From an uncultured Gemmataceae bacterium (GTDB lineage Bacteria; Planctomycetota; Planctomycetia; Gemmatales; Gemmataceae), in the NCBI GenBank assembly GCA_963750165.1, contig CAVVPN010000011.1:960001-1024000 (forward strand): a stretch of 64,000 bases of DNA, given 5' to 3'. Within the stretch, counting starts at the first letter, position 1, and every line of letters starts with the position of its first letter. The position numbers and the translations under genes are program-made. This document shows, piece after piece, positions 57,238-64,000 of this stretch. Under the pieces are notes generated by a model, which saw nothing but the letters and a program-made list of their open reading frames with translations, was not told the origin of the DNA and searched no databases.

Positions 57238-57722
57238 CCGTGATCAACCAGAATCCTGACAACCTGAAAACCGCTGTGAGCGTGAAGGACATGGCGGCGA
57301 TGTGCGGCCTCTCGCGCCAGCGGTTCGCCCAACTCGTCAAGGCCGGGGTCTTCCCCACGCCGCTATACGACACGGCGACTCGCCGCCCCTTCTACGCCGA
57401 GGACATGCAGAAAGTCTGTTTGGAGGTTCGTCGGCGCAACTTCGGGATCAACGGCAAGGCCGTCCTGTTCTACGCGCGTCGAGCGGGTCTGGTTGTGGCC
57501 CCTCCGAAGGGGTCAAAGTCACCAAAGGACGACCCGAACAGCGAGATCCTCGGCGGGTTGAAGGCGCTCGGCCTGACGACCGTGACGGCCAGCCTTGTCG
57601 CCGAGGCGCTGAAGGCGCTCTTCCCCAAGGGAACGGCCTCCACGGATCAGGCCGAGGTCGTCCGGGCCGTGTTCATCCACCTGCGCGGAAAGAATACGGC
57701 GGTAAATGCGGGGAGTAAATAG
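57234..57722 (+). CDS. Excisionase/AlpA-like HTH protein with RuvA domain III-like C-terminus
   Basis: N-term VSVKDMAAMCGLSRQRFAQLVKAGVFPTP; Pro/Lys linker; C-term SEILGGLKALGL...VAEALKALF....DQAEVVRAVFIHL; ATGA overlap with ruvB. Confidence 0.7.
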   Translation: MTVINQNPDNLKTAVSVKDMAAMCGLSRQRFAQLVKAGVFPTPLYDTATRRPFYAEDMQKVCLEVRRRNFGINGKAVLFYARRAGLVVAPPKGSKSPKDDPNSEILGGLKALGLTTVTASLVAEALKALFPKGTASTDQAEVVRAVFIHLRGKNTAVNAGSK

Positions 57723-57796
57723 CCCTTTACTCCCCAGTAGAGGGCGGTCGGTGGCAAATTCGTGCAACATTCGAGACTCAATCAAGGAGCTATCCC

Positions 57797-58708
57797 ATGA
57801 AGAATTCGTCTGTAAATGTTTTCGAGGGCATCCCGGTCGGAACGGAAGAGGCGGGCCTCGTCGTCCGGTTCCTCGACGGCCACGACTTCGCCACTGGCAC
57901 TCGGCGGCTCATCATGCTTGATGTGCGCCAGTTCGCCAAGTGGTTCGCCGACGCCAATCGAGAGCCATTCATTGTGAATAGAGTGACCGTGCGCGATGTC
58001 GTCGATTTCCGCGAGTACCTGCGCCGCGAGAAGGAGCAGGCGGTCGCCACCGTGAACCGAACCCTCGTCCTGCTGCGGGGTTTCCTCGGTTGGCTGGTTG
58101 ATCAAGGCCACATCCCCTCGAACCCGGCCAAGCAGGTCAAGGAGCTTCGCCGTGTCCAACTCGCTCCGAAGGGTCTGGATCGCAGTCAGGTGCGGCGACT
58201 GTTACGCGAAGTCGATCTGCGGAAGGACATTCGTGCTGCCGCGATCTTCTCGTTGTTCCTGTTCACTGGCGGTCGCGTCGGCGATCTGGTCTATCTCGAA
58301 CTCCAAGACGTGATGATCACCGAGCGGAGCGGCAACGTGGTCTATCGTTTCGGCAAGGGTGGCAAGGAGCGGTCGGTGCCGCTGCCTCTTCCCGCGCGGC
58401 GAGTGCTGCAAGCGTACCTCGACACGCGGCCCCCAGTCGAGTCGCGCCGCGTCTTCATCGGCGAGCGCGGGCCACTCACCGACCGGGGCATGAGGGCGCT
58501 CCTCAACAAGTACAGCGCCATCATCGGCGTGAAAATGTTCCCGCACCTGTTGCGGCATACGATGGCGCACGAGTTTCTCGCCGACAACAACAACGATCTG
58601 GTCGCGCTGGCACAGATCCTCGGACACGAAAGCCTGTCCACGACTGCCCGCTACGTCCAGCGCACCCAGCAGGAGTTGAATGACGCGACGGATCGCCTCG
58701 ACTACTGA
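57797..58708 (+). CDS. XerC/D-like tyrosine recombinase
   Basis: ATVNR.L..LRGF..WL, TGGRVGD, GKGGKERSVP, PHLLRHT, ILGH and TARY. Confidence 0.93.
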   Translation: MKNSSVNVFEGIPVGTEEAGLVVRFLDGHDFATGTRRLIMLDVRQFAKWFADANREPFIVNRVTVRDVVDFREYLRREKEQAVATVNRTLVLLRGFLGWLVDQGHIPSNPAKQVKELRRVQLAPKGLDRSQVRRLLREVDLRKDIRAAAIFSLFLFTGGRVGDLVYLELQDVMITERSGNVVYRFGKGGKERSVPLPLPARRVLQAYLDTRPPVESRRVFIGERGPLTDRGMRALLNKYSAIIGVKMFPHLLRHTMAHEFLADNNNDLVALAQILGHESLSTTARYVQRTQQELNDATDRLDY

Positions 58709-58732
58709 CACACTACAAGAACGGAGGTAGCC

Positions 58733-59050
58733 ATGACCACTTATGAGATCAACCAGTTGATCGTTCTGGTCGAAAAACACCGTGTTGAAGCTCAGTCAGC
58801 AGCAGAAGCCGTCGTGAAGGTGTTCGATGGTGAGTCATAGCTGATTGGCATCGAAATCGCCGACCTCTGCCACGAGCGCGGCTTGCCCGCTGAAGATTAT
58901 CCGGCTCTAGTGGCCGAACTGCGGCAGGCGGGAATCATGACGAACGAAACCGTTATTCCCTCCATCAGCAGCATCGAGAAATTCGGAGACGCCCGCTTCA
59001 CCATGCCGAAGGACGCCGAAGTGGCCTTCAGTTTCGAGCCTGCGGATTAA
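58733..59050 (+). pseudogene. Small hypothetical gene with internal TAG (58838-58840)
   Basis: RBS ggagg and ATG 58733; the frame stays open after a single TAG to TAA 59050. Confidence 0.5.
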
Positions 59051-59065
59051 AGGCGGGACGCCAAG

Positions 59066-60585
59066 CTTGGCAGTCGCACTTTTCCGAGTGCTCAAACCGC
59101 GAGATTTACGCAGTTTTTCAGCGCTTCGATGAGTTTCAGGAGTTCCGTTGCATCGGCCGACTTGGGTTTAATTAGGGCGTTCAAAGTCGCCCGCCGCAAC
59201 ACGGCAACCATATGACGCAACGACCATTCACTCTCCCAGGGTCCCATCACTTGGCGCAATTCCTCCGCCTCCGGCAACTGCCGACCGGCGGTAAGATACC
59301 ACACCATCACGACGCTCTGCAACGACCACACCCACGGCGCCACCTTCTCCACCGCTTCCCGACTGTAGTGTTGTGGCGCCTCGAGGTCCAGCACCTGTTT
59401 GCTCGCCCGGAACAGTACCTCAATGGACCAGCGCCAGGCGAACTGCGTAATCACCCACCCCACGTCCGCACGCACGTCGGTCGTGAACAGGTAGGCATCG
59501 TCCAACTTCCCGTCCGGGTCGCGCACCACCACCACCTGCACCGGCCGCAACCCCAACACCCGCGGCCACACCGCCCGGTAGGCGAACGCCCGCAGGACGC
59601 GCTGCTCCCCGTAGACGGTCACCGTCACCGCCTGCCACACCCAGTCCCCGGTGGCCACGCGCTTACGGTCGGCCTTGGCGGCGGCTGCTTTGGGGTTGGG
59701 CAGACGCGGCCCCTTCTGCGCCTTGCGGCCGCGCCGGCCGGGCTTGGCCTGAGGCAGACGCGGGTCGTACACGGCCGCGTCGCCGCGCAACCGGCCGACG
59801 AAGGTCACGCGCTCGTCCAGGTCCGCCAGCAGCGCTTGGGCCGCGTAAGCGCCGTCGGCCACCAGGGTAAAGCGCCGGCCGGGGAACCAGGCCAGCACTT
59901 CGGCGAGCAGCGCGCGCGCCAGCAGTGGGCAGGACGGCTGCGCCTGGCCGGGCCGGTGCAACCGGGCCAGCAAGGGCAACGCCAGGATCGGGGCGTTCGC
60001 GAAGGGCAGGCAGACGGCGACGGCGACGACCACCCAGTTGTGCCCCGCGGCCGTGGCGGTGCGTTTGCGGGTCGAGGCGACGGCATCGCGGAACCAGCCG
60101 AGGCCCCAGACGTGCTTGCCGCGCTTGTGGGCCAGGGTGTCGTCCACCAACAGCGTGATGGTGCCGCCCAGGTGGAGGCGCGTCAGGATGAGGACGGCGA
60201 CGTGGTAGGCCAACCCGGTCACGGTCCAGGCGGAGCGCGCAAAGAAGTTGTAGGTGGTGTCCAGGCCGTGGCGCCGGGAATGGTCCCGCAAGTCTTGGGG
60301 TTGGGCGGTGTCGGCGACGCGACAGAGGCGGTGCTGGCCCAGGCACATCACCCAGCCGAGCACGAGTTGGCAGTGGGTGTGGAACGAGGGCAGGGTGAAG
60401 GCCGGGGCGAGGGCTTGGACGATGGGCTGGAGAGAAGCTATCATCAGCCACATGAGGGGCTCCTTCCGGCGAGTGCATGGCTTGAGAACCTATGCACAAA
60501 CTTAGGAGGAACCCCTCTCTCTTTCTGCGACAGCCCCGTGACACTATCGGTGTTCGTCTGTTCATGGAAGCGTGCGACAGTTCAG
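59066..60585 (-). mobile_element. Insertion sequence (IS701/IS4-like DDE), transposase 59092-60453
   Basis: Intact 453-aa transposase with LLVDDT, LVADGAY, LFTTD and RWSIEVLFR.SKQ; imperfect ends cttggcagtcgcac (59066) and gtgcgacagttcag (60585). Confidence 0.85.
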
Positions 60586-60597
60586 CAACGAGTATCA

Positions 60598-60637
60598 GTG
60601 AAAGAGGCGGCGGCACGGACGCCGCCGCCTCTTTCAC
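60598..60637. terminator. 17-bp stem hairpin
   Basis: gtgaaagaggcggcggc / gccgccgcctctttcac. Confidence 0.65.
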
Positions 60638-60684
60638 AAATAAACCCATTTGAGACCAATAAGAAAAATGGGAAGCCATTTCCC

Positions 60685-62445
60685 ACAGCCATCTCCAGTG
60701 GTTTTCCACCATCAAATACGATCTCGCCGAGCATCCGAATCACTGAGAAGGATTTGAGCTTCATTGCTCCCGATCAGTCGTTCCATCGCGCAGGCTTGAT
60801 TGGGTTCGCCTCCAAGGGTCCGATTAACGTCCCGACGCTGATCGCCACTGATAACCAGTTGGCGACCGTGTTTGGCTACCCGCACCCTGAGTCTGGCGAT
60901 CCTTACCTCATCTACGCCGCCAAGCAATATCTGCTCGTGGGTAACGAGCTTTATGTCGTGCGCGTAGCTGACACCGATAACGTCTCCGACGAGCAGGCCC
61001 ACACCGCAAGTGTGGCTGTGCCCAGCGCCGGTGGACAGATCAGCATTCTCGCCAGCAAGGCAGGCCCCTACACCTTCGGTGTGGACTCCTTCTTCCGCTG
61101 GAGACTGAACGGCGTCCTGCACAGCAAGACGCTCGTGATGCTTGCTGGAACTTACAGCGCCGCGCAGATGGCCGAAGACCTGAACCTGCAAGTCGATCCT
61201 GAGATCGACGGCATCAGCTTCTTCTACGACCAGAGCAGCACGCACGTCGGCGTTGAAACGACATGGGCCTTCGGTCCCGACGCCTCCTTCGAGTTCGTCT
61301 CGGTGCAGGACGCCATGTACGGCGACACTGTGCTGCACGGCAACCCGACTGGTTGGGGTACGGGCATGACCAAGGCTGCGATCACTTGCAGCAACGACCG
61401 CTACCCAGCCTCTTACCAGAGCGCCGGTGAGTACGACTTCACAGGTCTGACGAACCAGAACCTCCAGATCGTCATCGACGGCACCGACAACGTGCTGATT
61501 GATAACGTCGTGCAGGTCATTGACCTTAGCTCTCTTGAGGGCTCCGAAGTCACGATTGCCACAATCGTCAATGAAATCAACCTCCAGAGCGTAGACAACG
61601 GCGGCACCCTACCGGGTGGCTGGATCGCTTCCGCCACTGGCAACAACCTGACCTTCAAGACGCTGACCACGGGTGTAGACGCCCGCTTGCTCTTGAAGCC
61701 AGACGGCACCGCTAACGGCATCTTCGGCGTCAGCAGCGTCACAGTGCTGGGCACCAGCCCGCAGGGTGACAGCGGAGACGCTGGCGTTGCGACCTACGGC
61801 ATCATCAACGGTGACGCCAACGTAGATGGGGCGACGACCTTCACGATCACGGCGGACTCCGCTGGTATCGACGGTAACGCCACGCAGGTTGTGATTGAGA
61901 ACAACGTCCGCGAAGGCAACTGGACGATGCAGATCTACAACAACGGCGGACAGGTCGAAAGCTGGGGTGGTATGGTCAAGGACCAGAACTCCTCCTTCTA
62001 TGTCGAAACCTTCCTCGCCTTGGTGTCGGACTGGATCAGAGTTACCGACAACACCGCGAACGCGGCCCCGCCGCTTGATGGAACGTACACCTTGACGGGT
62101 GGCACAGACGGTATTCCATCTGACCCCGACAAGCAGGACGCCCTGATCATCGGCAACCAGTTGGCTTACACCGGCATCTACGCCCTCTCCGAACCGGAGC
62201 AGATCGACATCGACCTGATCGCGGTTCCGGGCCACGCTTCGACCGCAGTGGTCTCGGCCTTGCTCGATCTTGCCCAGAACGTCCGTATGGACTGCTTGGC
62301 GATCATCGACCCGCCGTTCGGCCTGACGGTGCAGGAGATCGTGGATTGGCAGAACGGTAGTCACCCGCTGATAAGATCATGTGTAGCGGCGAAAGCGCGC
62401 ACCCGTCTCCTCGGCCTCGGTGATCGCTGCGTCAAGGACCGTTAG
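60685..62445 (+). pseudogene. Contractile phage tail sheath protein fragment (no in-frame start, C-terminus missing)
   Basis: SPSIRITEKDLS, GLIGFASKGP.NVPTLI, YVVRV, LTGGTDG, IDLIAVPG and R.DCLAIIDPP; sheath-like sequence stops at about 62370, before the expected ALYWPW motif and C-terminal domain. Confidence 0.85.
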
Positions 62446-62522
62446 TACGATCTGGGCCGCATCGAGCTTGTCGTGTAGTGGCACGAGCCGTTCGTCAGTT
62501 CCCCTCTCGACGCGGATGAAAC

Positions 62523-62684
62523 TCACTTCTTCCCTTTGGTGTCCTTCTTCTCCTTGCGCGGCCTGTTCCAGTATGGGCTCTTGCACTTGGGGCAGACACG
62601 CGGTTCCTCGGTGCTTCCTTGCCGCTGAACCCAGACGTGTCCGCACCTCTCGCACTGCCACCCAGACAACTCGACTTTCGCCAT
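62523..62684 (-). CDS. Small zinc-ribbon protein
   Basis: CERCGHVW...P.VCPKCKSPYWN.PR; 53 aa. Confidence 0.7.
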   Translation of the reverse strand: MAKVELSGWQCERCGHVWVQRQGSTEEPRVCPKCKSPYWNRPRKEKKDTKGKK

Positions 62685-63079
62685 AGAAAGCCTCGATGAG
62701 CGCAATTCAGCAACCAACTTCCTCACGAGAGTATATCCACTAAAGGAATATACTTCAAGGAAATCGTTTCCGGTTGCTCGCAGCGCGATCTTCACGGACC
62801 TGTCCACACGCACGGGAAACGCCGAGCAGTGGGGTTGCCGCTAGACGGACGATGCCCGCTGGCTGCGAGTCCACGGCTACATCCACGCGGCCTCGGCTCG
62901 GCTGGTCTGCTCCGGGTTCAAGTACCACGCCCCTGAGACCAAGGCAGAGGTCGCGGTCAAGGACAGTCGTTACAGGGTCAAGGTGGTCATCTCGGAATAG
63001 CCACCAATCGGCGAGCCGTCAGTATCCGTAGCCACGTTTTCGTGGACAAGGGCCGACCAGAGCCGTAAAATGGGGCGGA

Positions 63080-63274
63080 ATGGGACGCAAGAAGTTGCCA
63101 CCAGAGCAGGCCCGCGAGAAGCCGCTGCGCATCCGCCTCAATGCGGAGGAGCGGCGGCTAGTGGATGGAGCCGCTGAAGCTCAAGGGCATCGGAACACCT
63201 CAGCATGGGCGCACGAGGTGTTGCTCCGGCTGGCATCTAAAGTCCTGAACGAAGGAGACGTAAGAGAGCCTTGA
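63080..63274 (+). CDS. Ribbon-helix-helix (CopG/MobC-like) protein
   Basis: LRIRLNAEER..VD.AA...G...SAWAHEVLL. Confidence 0.7.
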   Translation: MGRKKLPPEQAREKPLRIRLNAEERRLVDGAAEAQGHRNTSAWAHEVLLRLASKVLNEGDVREP

Positions 63275-63518
63275 CCGTGGCAGAATGAGGGCCTCGGTAA
63301 CAACCTGACTGACGCGCGTGCGTCAAGAACTGCTTTCAGTGAAACCGCCAACCTGAGCGGGCAACCGCTCTTGTATCCAGACGAAGCAGCCTTGGCCGCG
63401 CTCCCGTAAGGGAGCGCTGGGCCTTGTGCTGTTCGTCTGCGCCCTTGGCGGGGGCCACTGGAGCGGCCTTGGTTTGGCGCTCTCTATTTTGTTGGCCCCG
63501 CCAACCGGGAGAACAGCA

Positions 63519-64000
63519 ATGGCACAAGACTGGTTCGTCAGCCGTGACGGCGAGGAGACTGGCCCGTTCACCACACCGCAACTCAAACAGATGGCCGCTA
63601 CCGGGAAGCTCCAGCCCGACGATAAGGTTCGGCGCGGCGACATGAAGGCCGCAAGCAAGGCCAGCAGCATCAAGGGGCTCCTTACCACGGTCGAGCCCGC
63701 GCCCGCGAAGCCGTCCCCGCCTCCACCTTCGACTGAACCCCGGCCACCTGCCGCCCAGAAGAAGGGCGTTCCATCGAAGAAGACCCTCATCATGGCGTCC
63801 GTTGTCGGCGGCGCGTGCCTGTTGCTGTGCTGCGGCATCTTCGGCATCTTCGGCCTTTTCGGCCTGAAGATGCAAGACAGCACCCGCAAGCAACTGGCGG
63901 AAGCGGACACCCTCTGGGACAAGGGCGACAAGACGGGTGCGGTGAGCAAGTACCGAGCGATCCTCGACGACCACCGCGCCACCTTCCTCAAGGAAGAGGA
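63519..64000 (+). CDS. DUF4339/GYF_2-domain membrane protein (partial, runs off right edge)
   Basis: Manual translation MAQDWFVSRDGEETGPFTTPQLKQMAATGKLQPDDKVRR, then a Pro-rich linker and a hydrophobic segment containing LLLCCG; RBS ggag. Confidence 0.8.
   Translation, partial: MAQDWFVSRDGEETGPFTTPQLKQMAATGKLQPDDKVRRGDMKAASKASSIKGLLTTVEPAPAKPSPPPPSTEPRPPAAQKKGVPSKKTLIMASVVGGACLLLCCGIFGIFGLFGLKMQDSTRKQLAEADTLWDKGDKTGAVSKYRAILDDHRATFLKEE

Noticed and set aside
59212..62445. 1077-aa ORF as one protein
   Set aside because: The first ~490 codons are antisense to the transposase and its flank; only the part from about 60685 is sheath-like.
60685..62445. Intact prophage, eCIS or T6SS
   Set aside because: A single truncated sheath gene with no tube, baseplate or capsid genes.
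1..64000. CRISPR array, rRNA, or retron/DGR reverse transcriptase
   Set aside because: No regularly spaced repeats, rRNA-like sequence or RT motifs were noticed by eye; a short degenerate array could have been missed.

Overview
GC-rich bacterial accessory DNA with no housekeeping genes. It is most likely from a planctomycete (inferred from the DUF1580-like, DUF4339/GYF_2 and integrase families). It looks like stacked mobile and defence islands around a tRNA-Gly(CCC) 3'-fragment (att site, 8832-8875). Left to right: (1) the 5' part of a DrmD-type SNF2 helicase running off the left edge; (2) a ~6.5 kb satellite-like element (integrase, DUF1580-like Xis, Prim-Pol, TerS, TerL; no capsid or portal gene); (3) a second integrative element (integrase, orphan N4C/N6A methyltransferase, XRE regulator, AEP-like Rep, ParB, small phage-like ORFs) hit by two IS elements; (4) a class I DISARM locus (drmD, drmMI, drmA, drmB, drmC) expanded with CBS-HEPN, a short SNF2, a RelE-like/UvrD fusion and DUF429, and split by an opposite-strand four-gene cassette (helical protein, QueC/QatC-like, HTH-ImmA/IrrE peptidase, PIN nuclease); (5) further nuclease-like cargo; (6) an operon of a stand-alone RuvB, an excisionase-like HTH protein whose tail resembles RuvA domain III, and a tyrosine recombinase; (7) an IS next to a truncated myovirus tail-sheath gene. 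The best candidates for undescribed systems are the RuvB / HTH-RuvA-CTD / recombinase module and the QueC-ImmA-PIN cassette. All family calls come from reading motifs by eye, not from database searches. Many single-base frameshifts may be assembly errors.
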